From the human T2T-CHM13v2.0 reference genome, Homo sapiens, in NCBI RefSeq assembly GCF_009914755.1, contig NC_060942.1: a DNA stretch of 64,000 bases; one strand, 5' to 3'. This document shows, piece after piece, positions 42,436-55,963 of this stretch. Below the pieces are notes generated by a model that ran no database searches, was not told the DNA's origin, and was given only the letters and a program-made list of their open reading frames with translations. A program made the translations under genes and the position numbers. Positions within the stretch are counted from its first letter, which is position 1. Every line of letters starts with the position of its first letter.

Positions 42436-44934
42436 ATCAACATAAAGACAGGAAAGTTTGCTCTAACCATTACAATTTGACTTTGTCATGGAAGAGTTAG
42501 TGAATGCAATAAAAGGGCAGTAAATATCTGAAATAAACAATTGGAAAGAAGAAATAAATATTTTTGCTGATGATATGAAAATCTAAGAGATACTGAGTTT
42601 TTAAAAAAATTAGAATTAGTAAGAGAATACAAGAGTTTGAGGATACAGGATAATGACACATATTTTAGCTTTTATCTGTTCTAATGATAAGCATATAGAA
42701 GTGGAGAAGATGAAAATACCCTCTTCAGAAAATAGTGAACAAAAATAGCTAAGGATATAATTAATAATATAGCTACATCTATATGAATAAAATTCAATCT
42801 TAGTAAAGGTCTCAAAACAACGTCTGAACAAATGAAAAGATATATCAAGTTATTGGATATGAAAATGGAATATGGCATAAAATTATCAATTATTCCAAAG
42901 AAATATAGAAATTTTATGTAATTACAATTAGAATTGCAACAGTCTTGGGATGGGGTGAGGAGGGGAAGGAACTGGATGAAATGATTTAAAATTTCATAAG
43001 GAATACATTTATTCACTTCAGAATAAATGCTCAGGAATAGCAGGAAAATAATAAAAAAGAACAGTGCAAGGGGAATTACCTTACGCAACATGAGAGGATA
43101 TTATAAAGCTGTTATGAAGTAAATATGGTATTGGTATGAGAATGAGAAATAGATCAGTGAAAGAGAAAAGAGGATCTAGAAGTCTTGGATATGAGAATGT
43201 AATATACATCATATATCAAATGTGGAAGTTCAGTGTAGTGGGAAAATAATAAATTATTTTAAAAACAATACTGGCTCTTCATCTGAAATAAAGTAAAATT
43301 AAATCCCTGTTTTATACCATAAACAAAAATACATTCCCCAGAGAGTAAAGTCTTAACTGTGGACAACAAAACAAGACAAATTATCATAAAAGGAGGCTTC
43401 ATGTATAATCCAAGGACAAGGAAACCTTAACAAGACTGGAAAACACAAGAGGCCATAAAAGAAACATATAGTTGACCATATCGTAAATGTGGTATGATCC
43501 CATAATACACACAATTATTATTTGTCAATTAAACATAAAATAAAATAATTACCCCCCCAAATGTGTACAGTATTAAATATTGTAAGCAAATTCAAAACAC
43601 AAATGATAGATTTGGAAAAAATACTTGTAACCCAAACTGCAAAGAATGTACTTATATCATATAGAAAGAGATTTTATAATTTGTCAACTCAATAGAAAAA
43701 TGATGAAGGAATAAGAAAAGGCAATTTATAGAAGCACAAAAGCAGAGAGTCAACAAATGTACAAAAAGATGCTTGAATTTACCATCGTTAGGGAAATGCA
43801 AATTAAAGTACTAATGAGACATCATATCTGCCTATCAGGCCTGCCAAAATTAAAGACAACTACAACAATATTACAAAGTTGAAATGTAAATTGTACAGCA
43901 TTTTGGGGAAGTAACATGGCAGTATCTATTAAAATTTGAAATACACATACTCAGAAGAATAAGCAAACTGTGGTATATGCATACAACGGACCACTCAGCA
44001 ATCAAAAGGAAAGAACTACGCTACACTCAACAGCATGGTTCAATCTCAAAAACATGCTGACAAAATAATCCAGATACAAAAGATTCCAGACTGTATGATT
44101 CCATTTATATCAAATTCTGGAACAGGGAAAACTATCTACAGTATTAGAATATATGTATCAGTATGTTTAAATATAGCATTATTCAGGGTGGCAAAAAAGT
44201 GGGAAAAAAATGAATCCTCATTAGTACAAAATGGGAAAATGAATCATGGTAGTGCACCTCTAGACTAGCACACTGCCAAGGAAAAAGGAAAGAATAGAGT
44301 TACACTGGTTGGCTTGGAGGGATTTCTATATGGTATGATTTATAAGTGAGTGCAGAAAAGCATTTATGATATAATCCATTTTGTGAAACAACGATCCCAA
44401 CCTCCGTATCAAAATGTGTACACATATATATGCATGTGTGTGTTGTGGTCTGTACCTCATTATAGAAATACAAAGGAAAATATGGAAAATACATATCGGG
44501 CATGTTAGCATGAGTTACACGGGGAGGGGAGGGAAGGAAAAGAGTAAGAAAGGGGCATTGAGCTAAAAGACCGAGCTAAAAACAACAGTATGTATGATAT
44601 GATTACATGTGCACATTTATATAATTAAAATTTATATTTATAGAGGATTACTTAAGTAAATGCTGTCAATCTTGTAGATATTTTAAATTTGGATTAAACT
44701 AGAACTTCAGAGCTCTGTAATTGGACTACATCATCTTGGTCCTTCTTTATTTTTACCGAATTGAACTTCAGCCCTCTCTATTTTACGGAGAAGAAACTAA
44801 AGCAGTAAAGCTTAATTGACTTCCCCAAATGAACACAGCTAGGAATTGGCCAACCATGGATCTGAATGCGGGCAGTCTAACTCCACAAACCACACACAAC
44901 TCTGGCCATTTGCTAAACGCCCTCTGAGACTCTA

Positions 44935-45220
44935 GCAGAAGTGAGTGAGGCAAAATTTAAGGGGGTGCCAAGAGACTCAGAAAGCAAAAGAAACAGCATT
45001 TTAAAAATAATAAAATTAATGTTAAAAATCCACATTGAACAAAAACATCAAAAATTTTAATGTAATTCCAGCTGCCTTGGAACCTTGTCTTTATTAACTT
45101 TTGATCTGTTTCTCATTATGGCTTTTTTTGCATTAATTTTTATTTCAAAAAATATTGCATTAAAATATTATTTATCTCAATTTCTGAGTTTTTTCTTGTC
45201 CCTTAAATGTTGTGCTGGAC
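44935..45220. mobile_element. MER96B-like hAT MITE (imperfect palindrome)
   Basis: Left arm gcaaaatttaagggggtgccaagagactcag...aaaattaatg pairs with right arm cattaatttt...ctgagttttttcttgtcccttaaatg. Confidence 0.7.
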
Positions 45221-45611
45221 CTGTTTGTCTCTACCGTTTGGCCACCAAGTGACACTAAGCAAAACCTGTGCATCTCAAAGGCTGTTTTCTCTTCTATAAA
45301 GTAGGAATGATAAGAGTTTCCCTGCCCACTGTGCCCACAGGACTAGGGTGAGAAACTAAGAAGATATGAATACAGAATTGCTAGTGCAACAGGCATATTC
45401 TTGCTACTGGAGTTGCTCATGAATGGATAAGCAAGTTGAATCCCCAGACCTGGTCGTGCTCCTGCGCGCTTGGCGTGCCCACACCCATGGCTGGAAAATC
45501 GCCTGGAACCTAATGTTTGTTTGAATGGCAGCCGCAGGAGCCTTCACCCATCATGCACCCCTCTCTGCCGTTCTGAGCATGTGGTGCAAGAATGGATCTC
45601 TTAAGCTAGAG

Positions 45612-45770
45612 CAGTGCTCCTCTAACTTAACTGTGACACAGATCCCCCCAGGGATCTTGTTAAAAACCACATCAGTCAGTCCAGTGCAGGGCGCAAGGGT
45701 CTGCATTTCTAACAAGCCCCAGGTGATGCTGAGGTTACTGGTACACAAACCATAGTGCTTTGAGGACTAA
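45612..45770. mobile_element. MER5-type hAT DNA transposon
   Basis: gggatcttgttaaaa...tctgcatttctaacaagccccaggtgatgctga. Confidence 0.75.
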
Positions 45771-46576
45771 GGAGCCAGACTAGATGCTTGGTGAGATCAG
45801 AAGGACTGTGAAATGCCCCCAAATAGTGACAGCCCTCTACACACCAGGCACAGTTGTGCACAATCCTTAAAAGAGCCCTGGGAGATAGGTTCTTTTATCA
45901 TGAAGCCCCCCAACCAAAGACCATCAAGAACACACTTCTAGTCACGCCAGGGTAGATTAATTCAGCTTGCTGCAGCAAGTGAGGACACACACCAGGGAAC
46001 TGCAGGAGGGTGTGGGAGGGGTTGTTATGGGGTTGGGGCTTGTGCTGGGAGAGTCTAAGGAGGGGTTAAGGAATGAGTGGACAGTTTTAGACTGAGTTCA
46101 GTCCAACAGCAAGGGCCATTTGACGATTGGGGGTATCTAGATAATTTGTCCAGGAGGGTGGAAGATTAAAGTGGGCTAGGACTGCCGTGAAGAGAGAAGC
46201 AATAGTCAAGTTAGTCAGAAGAGGGGGGAGTTTATGTTTGTGGTTGCAGAGTGCCCATCTGTCTATTTCATGGCGGTCTGGTTGCTGGTTTGTTCCCACA
46301 AAGTCATAGAGAAACACTGTCTGATTATTGTTTTTATTATGTGAGTGATGGTTATGTTCCCTTAGGAACATCACAGCTAGTATTGCCCTTCGACCTGAGC
46401 AAGCTGGGACCCTGTGCCTCTCAGGGCTCCTCACATTGCAGCAACTTCCTGGAATTTTCTAGGTCCTTCCCTGCTGCCTGAGACTGGCCAGAGCTGGCAG
46501 TGCCATCACACCAGGGTGCCCTGAGTCCCGACCGAAACTCCCATTTCTCCCATTGAGAGTGCTCTCTGAATTTCTA

Positions 46577-46655
46577 TTGGGTTGGGGAAAAAGTAATCGC
46601 GGTTCTTCTTATTACTTTCAATGGCAAAAGCCACAATTACTTTTGCATCAACGAA
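46577..46655. mobile_element. MADE1 mariner (Hsmar1-derived) MITE
   Basis: 79-bp palindrome ttgggttggggaaaaagtaatcgcgg...ttactttcaatggcaaaagccacaattacttttgcatcaacgaa flanked by TA at 46575-46576 and 46656-46657. Confidence 0.9.
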
Positions 46656-47734
46656 TACCTGAGCGTTGGGGTCATTGGATGCCCTCAGGACTTCACACTC
46701 ACATGATCACCCATGGCCCTGTGTCTGGACACCTCTTCCAGGAGGGCAGCCTGGCGAGCGGCTTGAGCTGCCAGAATGGTCCTGCCACGCTTCAGAGAAA
46801 CCCAAAGTGTTCATAAAGATGGGCCCCCACTAAAGTTATTTGCCTGGGGCCTGGACATCCAACAGCTGGACCCCATTCCAACCTAGCCGGCAGTTGCTGG
46901 AACTATTTTCATTTTCTTGAATATTATCATCCTCATTATACAGAAGAGGAAACTGAGGTTCCCAGAGGTTAAGCAACTCCCCTGGAATTCCACAGCAGAG
47001 AAGCGGTGAAGCGGGGATTCCTCCCACTGCTCTCACCCGCTGCGGTCCCTGCCATGACTCGCTCCCTCCAGAGCACCTCGGAGGGCTTCAGACCCCTCGT
47101 GTTTGTGCTCCATCTACTGCTGACGCTTCCAACACTGTGCCTAGTTTTCAAACTGTTTAAATTTTTTTGTTGTTGTTCCTGTGAGGTACTTGGAACTCTC
47201 CATGCATCTCCCATATTTTGTGCTTCCCCTCCTTCCTCCTCCTGACTCTATCGTCTCTGGATTGCTTCTGATTAGGTGCCTCCCATGCTCCTTCTGAACC
47301 CCGGGCCAGATTTGTCACAGGACAAAAGAACACTCCAAAGTGTAAACTTTGGCTTTATGTGAACCCCAGAGACTGTGAACAACGAAGAATGTTCTCTCAA
47401 ATGGCAAGAGGACTATCCAGATTGCTGGGGGTGGTGCTGATGTGAGCTGCGAGGAGGAGGCGCTGGGTGTGTGGGCAGAAATGTGAAATGTGTTAAGGCT
47501 TCTATTATGGGGTCAGCCCACCTAGTGTGGTCACCCTCCCCTCTGCCGATTTCAAGAGCTGGAAACAGAGGGAAGTTAAGCCATGACTAAGAAGCCTGGC
47601 GTCCTTTCAGTGGAGAAAGGTAGCCCTGTCGCTTCAGTGGGATGAGGCCTGTTTCTTGCTGTTGGAGAAGATTCCAGAACACAAAAGAAGGCATGTCTCT
47701 GTGAGTTGATTCAGCGGTCGGCTCACCCTAGAGG

Positions 47735-47950
47735 CAGTGTCTCTAATGGGAGGAGCCTGGGCTTTGGGGTCCACTGACCTGGGCTGGAATCTCAGCTTTG
47801 TCAGTTTATTAGCTGTGCAACCTTGAGAAAGTTATGTGCCTCAGTTTTCTCATCTGAAGAGTGGAGACAATAATGCTTTCCTCAAAGGTTGTTGTGAGAA
47901 TTGAATAAGAGGGTGTCAGTGCAGTGACTGGCACTTTGTGGCTATTGTTA
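47735..47950 (+). mobile_element. MIR SINE
   Basis: gacctgggctggaatctcagct...agctgtgcaaccttgag...gtgcctcagttttctcatctg...ggttgttgtgagaattgaa. Confidence 0.78.
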
Positions 47951-50174
47951 TCATTTTTGTAACGTTAGACCGTCTTAGCAAGGACAGTCTGAATTTGTAG
48001 GCTGGCTCTCCTGGGTGTCACATCAAAGACTTAAGGAAATCTCTCCCATATATACATAGTTTGTCTTTAAAAAATCAGTTGCAAATTAATCATCTACCAG
48101 TATATCCAGGTCTTTTGCACTCACTGTACATTTTCAGCCTGTATCATACATGCAGGTAATAAAGTGCAAAAGCACCGCAGCTTGTTATGTAATAGAGCAT
48201 CTTTCATTTATCCAGAAACTCCCACGCTTCACAGTTCAATGTCAAATCAGTCCAAGTTCATTCTATTCATAACCTTCATAACTTCCTAGAAGACACTTGA
48301 ATATCTTCTTTTCCTCCTTTAATATTTTATTTATCTCCCACCAAAATTTTTCCAGTAGTTAAAAAAAAAAGTCTTAAAATACAACTGCAAAACTATTCCA
48401 GGCCTAAGCACAGCATACAATTCATTTTTTAACCTCAGCATTTCTGAAGGCCAAGAGATCTGCTGGCTGTTCAAGCTGTAGCAGCAGCCGCAGTGGAGGA
48501 GGCTTAGTTAGCAGCCCCCATTTTGGGGTCAGTTGTGTCAGGTTTGAATCACGTCTCTACTGCTTAACAGTTAGCTGTGTGACTGTGTCTCACATTAGGT
48601 GGCTACGACATTCGTATTGGTCACAGAGGCTGGTGGTAGTCATTGGATGTGTCTGGGGAAGTGCCCGGCAGGGCAGCAAAGGGCAGGTGGCTAGGAACAG
48701 GAGCTGTGGGAGCTCTTGGTGCTGTCTTCAACAGCCAGTCCACCTGAGAACAAGACCTCACCCCTTTTGATTCAACTACAGCCAACTGCCTCTTTCCTGA
48801 CTTTCTGACCTCTGCACATTATTCATTTTGCATAATATTATTGCCCATATCTGCTCCTAAAAATGTTGCTTTTATCATGCTGTCCTTAAAAAAGTCTTGC
48901 AAAATTCCCTCTTGCTGTGTCTTGTTTTTAGAGTCCTGCATGCAACAGCCTCCGTTCCTTCTTTGCCTCTCCATCCCTCTATCTCTCTTCAAACCTCAGA
49001 GGATTCTACAGATGTCTGGAGATGCCCACGGGACTGCGGCCCAGCCTGGAGACTTAGGGAGCTCTCGGTCTTGGTGAGCAATGCATGTTGCCCCAGAGTC
49101 CCCTGGGGAGAAACATCTCCCCACAGAAAAGCTGGGTTCTGAACCATGGAGATTGCTTGAGTCCAGGAGTTCCTAGTGTGAACAGGGGTCTCATTGAGCA
49201 GTAGTGAAGTCAGAAGAGCTGAGAATCTCTGCGAAGTAAGGACACAAGAAAAAGAGAAGACGATGCAGGACACAGCATCTGGGAGCAAAGAAGTCTGGAG
49301 AAGCCGGAGCCTAGAGTGCAAGTGAGGCAGTGGGAGGAGTCGCCAGTCTATCTGGCTGAGGTCAGCAGATGTGGGGCTCCCGAAGCCGGGCCCAGGGCTT
49401 TGGTTCCTATCTTGTAGGCAGTGGGAGGTTATTGAACCTTTTTAAGCAAGGATGTAACATCATGTCATATCCAAAGAAAAGATCAGTTTAATGGTTGTAA
49501 AAGGATTTCATGGTTATTATAGAGAATTGGAAAAATAAAGAAAAAAATGAGAAAATAAAAATCCTAGGGCCCAGAGTTAAACGTTATTGTGTAACAATAC
49601 AATAATGATAAACATTATCAATAACATTATTGTATTCTTATTATCTCTCTCCCCCATCCCATCGTAGTTATTGTGTAATGGGCGCTGATTATGTGCCTGG
49701 CTCCGTTACAAAGATTTGCTTTGTTTAATCCTCACAACACCGCTGTGCTGTAGGTCAAATGCTGATCCACGTTTTCAGATGAGGATATGTTCAAACCCTG
49801 GGTCGCATAGTTGGAAGCAGCAGCGTAGGGGTCTAGGCCCAGATAATCGGGCTCCAGCACCTGTATTCCGAATCCTTGGGCCACACTGCTGCTTGGGGAT
49901 CACACAGCATAGAATCAATACACACGTGCATCAGTAGATGGCCAGTTTTGTTTAAGATAGAGTTTGGCATCCTAATATTCTGAACTGGGTTGTCAAAAGA
50001 GAATTTTGGTAATAGCAGGAAGGAGCTTGTGTTGGTGGGGAGTGGTTTACAGGGAGGAGGTAGGTGGGACAAGCGTGGTGGCCACGGCAATGGTCCAGAG
50101 AAGAGAGGTCTAAAGGAAAAATTCCAGTGGTCCAGAGGAGAGAGGGTAGATGAGTAAGTGTAGAGAATGAGAGT

Positions 50175-50490
50175 GTGGCTGCAGTGGCTCATGCCTGTAA
50201 TTCGCACTTAGGGAGGCTGAAGTGGGAGGATTGCTTGAGCCCAGGAGTTCGAGACCAGTCCGGAAAACATAGTGAGACCTCATCCCTCCAGAAAATTTAA
50301 AAATGATCTATTCATGATGCCTCCCACCTGTAGTCCCAGCTACTGGTGAGGCAGGTGGTGGGGTAGCTGAGGTTCCTGGGAGCTGAACCTGGGAGATTCA
50401 GGCTGCAGTGAGCCGTGATGGTGCCCCTGCATTCCAGCCTGGGTGACAGAGTGAGACTCTTGTCTCTGAAAAACAAACAAACAAACAAAA
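50175..50490 (+). mobile_element. Alu SINE (AluJ-like, rearranged)
   Basis: cagtggctcatgcctgtaat...ggattgcttgagcccaggagttcgagacc...ccagcctgggtgacagagtgagactc with (AAAC)n tail; gaatga.agtg on both flanks. Confidence 0.9.
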
Positions 50491-52889
50491 AGGAATGACA
50501 GTGAGAGGGGATGGGGGCATGGAAGTAGGAATGACCTTGATGAGTCTGTGTGTGAGCAAATGCATAGGCACCATGATGCATCTGCACATACACGTGTCTG
50601 TGTGTGTCCAGGAGGGATTGAGGGAAAGAAAAGAATCAGGAAAATCATGGGGATTCTGTACTGAGCACCTGAGCACTTATAGGAGGGAGAAATGTTCAGG
50701 ACAGGAGGAAGGTGAGGAGTTTACTTTGGGACCTTATAAGAGTGTGTGCTGTCTGTCAAGTGGGGGTGTGCACTGGGCAGGTAGACACACGCAGGCAGAA
50801 AAACAGAATGGAGTCAGCTGCACTGGTTTGTTCTAAAGTCAAGGAACATGAGGTTCCCTGGGAAGAGTGGTCAAAATAGAAAGAGGAGGCATCTGCGGAG
50901 GAAGCTTGGGGACACAGAGAGGACAAGGACGGCAGAGTTGGATGGTATCGTGGGATCTAGATCCGAGAGAGTAGCCAAGATCCCAGAAGCAGGGTGGATA
51001 GGAACAGGAAAGGGGGCTGAATTTGTGTTTCTCCTCCCCAAACTCCTGTTTCTGCCAGACTGATTTCTTACTTGCCTTTTAAAATCGTTTTTACCTGCAG
51101 TTCATCTCACTGTCCCAGCCTGGCTTGCTGTGTGTGTATGTAAGGCCTGTTTATACCCTCACCTCCTCCAGGAAGCTTTCCCAACCCACTGGCCACTGGG
51201 CCTTGTACTTTGTTCAAGTTCCCTGCCCCGCTGTCATTTACCACGTTTCCCCCAAGATTCCAAACATCTGGGGGCAGAGCCTTTGCCTCCCTTGTAGCGC
51301 CACGGTGCCTCAGAACCAGGTGCTGATTAATTGGTTGCTTGTAACCCACAGCATAGAGTGTAATATTTTACTTGTATAGTTTGGATTTTTTAAAGTATTC
51401 TTTCTCTAGACACCAGAAGCTCCTCTGCCCTTTTTAGCTCAGACACAGCTTTGTGAATGCTTCCCATGGCATATTCTTTCCTGTTGGGCTAGCATTTTGC
51501 TACTCTTCACAGGCAGCCCAAGAGTGAATTTTCACCTTCTGTTCAGTTTCCTTTTTTCATTTCCCCACTGGTCTCCATTGCAGTAAGCCTCCCACCCCTC
51601 TTATCCCCAAGTTATGACAACCCCCATCCTAGAACCCCTGGTGCAGTCCGTCTGGCATGCCATATTTGCCTAGCTGTTTAACTCTTTGTAGGTATTCATT
51701 GATCTGATGGGGTTAGGTGGGCAGAGCCTGTTCCATGCCCCTTCTTTAGGCACAAAATCAGTGCCTAAAGTGACATTTCAACCAGCCTTCTAAACAACTC
51801 TAATGGCAGGTATCAGATCTCGAGATGAGCTTCACCATTTCACCTTGGGTTCCTTCAAGACTCATAGGTTCCATTTAGAGCCAGAAGGAATCTTCACTCA
51901 TATACACATGCATATGTGTACAATACATATGCATATGTATATTTATATGATGAGGACCAGTAATAATTATACTGACAATGGCACTGATGACAATGACTAC
52001 CATGTTCTGAGCACTTACTACATGCCGGGCACTATGCAAAGTGCTCTCTAGATGTTGCTCTATTTAATCCCCTCTTCCCTGCCTGACACTTTTCCATGCC
52101 CTATGGAATTGGGCTTGATCTTAAATCACTGCAATGCTGGGTGGGTTTTTTTGGCTTTCTTTGTGGGGATGTGACAGACTCGACCCAGGAACTCTTTGTA
52201 ATCAGTGCAGGAGCTTTGGAGGAAATCCACAGCAGTGGAAGTGAATGTCCTAATCCTGCCTCATCTCTATGTCTTATCTTCTCTCCTTAGAGCGAGTGAC
52301 CACTGCCCTGGATGCAAAATGTCCACTTGGGGAAGCAATGACACTTGTCCCCTCCCAGAAATCGGTGCCTCTCGGGCGTGTCCTGTGATAATATTCCACT
52401 AAATAAGCAATGGTTGATGAGACTCTAATTAATTAAAAAGAGAATACAAAAGTTTAGCAGGGAAAATTTCCTGAGAAAGAATAAACCAGCTTCCCAATTT
52501 TGATTTTTAGTTCTGCTTAGGGCTATTACCATTCAGTTGGAAAGTGGTAGGAAACCAACAGTGTTGATGTTGAAAAATACAAACTAGAGCACTAACTAAT
52601 CTCTATTTCCCTAAGTCATTCAAAAAAACTGTTAAGGAAGTAAAAAAGGGAACTTCACTGAGAAATATGTTGGATTCAGTGACAGGCAGAGATTACATTT
52701 GGTGTTTGAGGTCAGTTAAGTAGCGTGAAACACTGAAAGACTGCAGAGGTTGCGATCCCAAGAGAAGTTAAAAATAAAACCTTTAGAGCATGTTCCATTC
52801 TACGTTTTGTAATGCTGTCCCATTTTGAAAAGGCGTAAGAATGCACTAAATGAACACACTAGAAGGAAATGTAATTTGAAAAGTACAAC

Positions 52890-52990
52890 CTGCGGGGAGG
52901 GTGGGAGGGCGGAAGGTGTGAGAAGCCAGATGGCGGTGGGCGGAGGGGGCGTGCACTGGCGTGAGGGGAGGCAAAGGGAAGTGGAAGCAG
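52890..52990. promoter_or_regulatory. GC-box and G-quadruplex-rich segment (candidate regulatory element)
   Basis: GGGGAGGGTGGGAGGG at 52894-52909, two GGGCGG boxes, GGGGCGTG and a local CpG cluster; sequence motifs only. Confidence 0.35.
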
Positions 52991-53025
52991 GAGGCAGGGA
53001 GGTTCTGTTTTGTGTTGAAGGATGG

Positions 53026-53402
53026 TGTGTTAGTGAGTTCAGGCTGCCATAACAAAATAGCACAGACTGGGTGGCTTAAACAACAGAAATTTATTTCCCA
53101 CGGTTCTGGAGGCTGGGATGTCCAAGATCAAGGAGCCAGAGAAGCAGATTCTGGCAGGGCTCTCTCTCTGGCTCGCCGACAGCCACCTTCTTGCTGTGTG
53201 CTCACACAGCCTCTTCTTTGTGTGAGAGCAGATAGAGACTGAGTTATCTGGTGTCTCTTCTTATAGGAACACTAATATTATTAGATCAGGGCCCTACCCT
53301 TACGAACTGGTAATTACTCTTAATTATGTCCCCAAAGTCCCTATCTCTAAATACAGCCACCATGGGGGTGGGGTTTCAACATATGAAATTCGGGGGTACA
53401 CA
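53026..53402 (-). mobile_element. MLT1A-like MaLR solo LTR
   Basis: Antisense motif ggctgccataacaaaatagcacagactgggtggcttaaacaacagaaatttatttc...ttcaacatatgaaattcggggg. Confidence 0.85.
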
Positions 53403-53664
53403 AAAAGATGCGTTGTTCAACAGATGGTTGTAGGCTACAGGAAGGGGCCAATGGAGACAGGAAAGACAAGATGTTAGAAGGGACAACAAGAAAGAAAGAC
53501 AGGATTAGTAGAGCCATGGTGGAGACTTGGTGTCAGGAATAGAGGGAGTGGACATCTCAATAAGTCAGGAGGCAAAATTATCTGATAAGTGGGAATGAGT
53601 TTGGAATTTGGGAAGAGTAAAGAGATCTAGAACAGCCTCCGTGGGGAATGAAATAAGAAGTTAG

Positions 53665-54036
<372 letters not shown>

Positions 54037-54497
54037 TTACACATCACCTCTTTATGGAGGTCTCACCTGCTTTAATTTTTTTGCATAGCACTTAATCCTA
54101 TCTGATTTGGTTCTCATCCCCGTTTCCCCTAGAAAGTACACTCTGTGAGACCTTGGATTTTTTGCCTTGTATTTCTAAGGCTTAAAGTAGTGCCTAACAT
54201 AGAAAAAGCCATGTAAATACTGGATGAATGGATGGATGTTGTAATGGCAGCAGGAAGAATTATGTGACAATCCACCAGTGCCACTCAGGGCCTCAGGATC
54301 AAAAGTGAGGAAAAAGGAAGGTTATCAAGGACCGACCGTTGGCAAGACAGAAAAGACAGAGAGGTCAAGGTGATGAAAGAGTTAAGGGTGGCAGTGAGAA
54401 TGCTGTGGAAACAAGTGTCCACTGAACCCAGGCTGACTAAGGAGGGAGAGTTGACAAGGAAGACAAGCAGTGGGGGTGAGTAAAGAGGAAGCAGGGG

Positions 54498-54806
<309 letters not shown>

Positions 54807-55252
54807 AGAGGAAGCAGGGAAGGGACTGCAGACTGCACTGAGGTTGAAAAGCAGGCTTAGTGGGAACAGTTGGAGAATAATATACTCTGGTCAACAGAAT
54901 GCCAGGAGTGGGAGATTGCTGAGCTGCAGAGATGCCAAGTGATGCAAACAGCCAACCTGTGTCCATGACAGTGGGTTGCCCACATGAAGCAGAAGTGAGG
55001 GGTACTGAAGTTTAGCCCATCAAGGCACTGAAAAATAGGGCAGCCTTCCCTAACGTGTATGTTCCAAGAATAGTAATTCTGAGAGTTAAATTGTACTGAC
55101 AGAATAAAGGGCTCTGTGGTCAAATAACTTTAGAAAATCTAAGTTAGAAAATGGATTCCCCATATTGCAAGACTTCTATAAATCTTCAAAATACTTCAAA
55201 AGGCTTCAAAAGAGGGTATCATGTTTCCCAGGGTTATTTGACTGACTAATCC

Positions 55253-55415
55253 TTTTTTATTTTTTAGAGATAGGGTCTCACTATTGCCTGGAGTGAGACC
55301 CCATCTCAAAAAAATAAAGTGCAGTGGTGTGATCATAGCTCACAGCAGCCTCAAAGTTCTGGGCTCAAGTGATCGTCCTGCCTCAGCCTCCTGAGTAGCT
55401 AGGATTACAGGCACA
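55253..55415 (-). mobile_element. Alu right-arm fragment with an internal foldback insertion
   Basis: Antisense Alu monomer containing an inverted copy of its own 3' end (agtgagaccccatctcaaaaaaataaa). Confidence 0.85.
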
Positions 55416-55422
55416 TAAATCC

Positions 55423-55713
<291 letters not shown>

Positions 55714-55775
55714 CTGTGTGAATCCTTTTTTATTTCCCTCCAGGAGCATCTCTAGGGTCGACTTTACCCCTAAAA

Positions 55776-55963
55776 CAGAGGTTCTCAAAGTGCGGTCCCT
55801 CGGACAGCAGCATCAGCATCCATTGGGAACCTGCTAGAAATGCAAATTCTCAGGCCTCACCCTAGACCTATCTAATTGAAAACTCTGGGAATGGAGCCAG
55901 AAATCTGTGTTTTAACAAGCTCTGCAGACAATTCTGTTGTATACTAAAGTTTAAGAATGACTG
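55776..55963. mobile_element. MER5A hAT DNA transposon
   Basis: cagaggttctcaaagtgcggtccc...cagcagcatcagcatc...agaaatgcaaattctcagg...aaagtttaagaatgactg with inverted termini. Confidence 0.88.

Noticed and set aside
51900-51945. Palindromic atacatatgcatatgtat tract
   Set aside because: Low-complexity alternating purine-pyrimidine sequence is self-complementary by composition.
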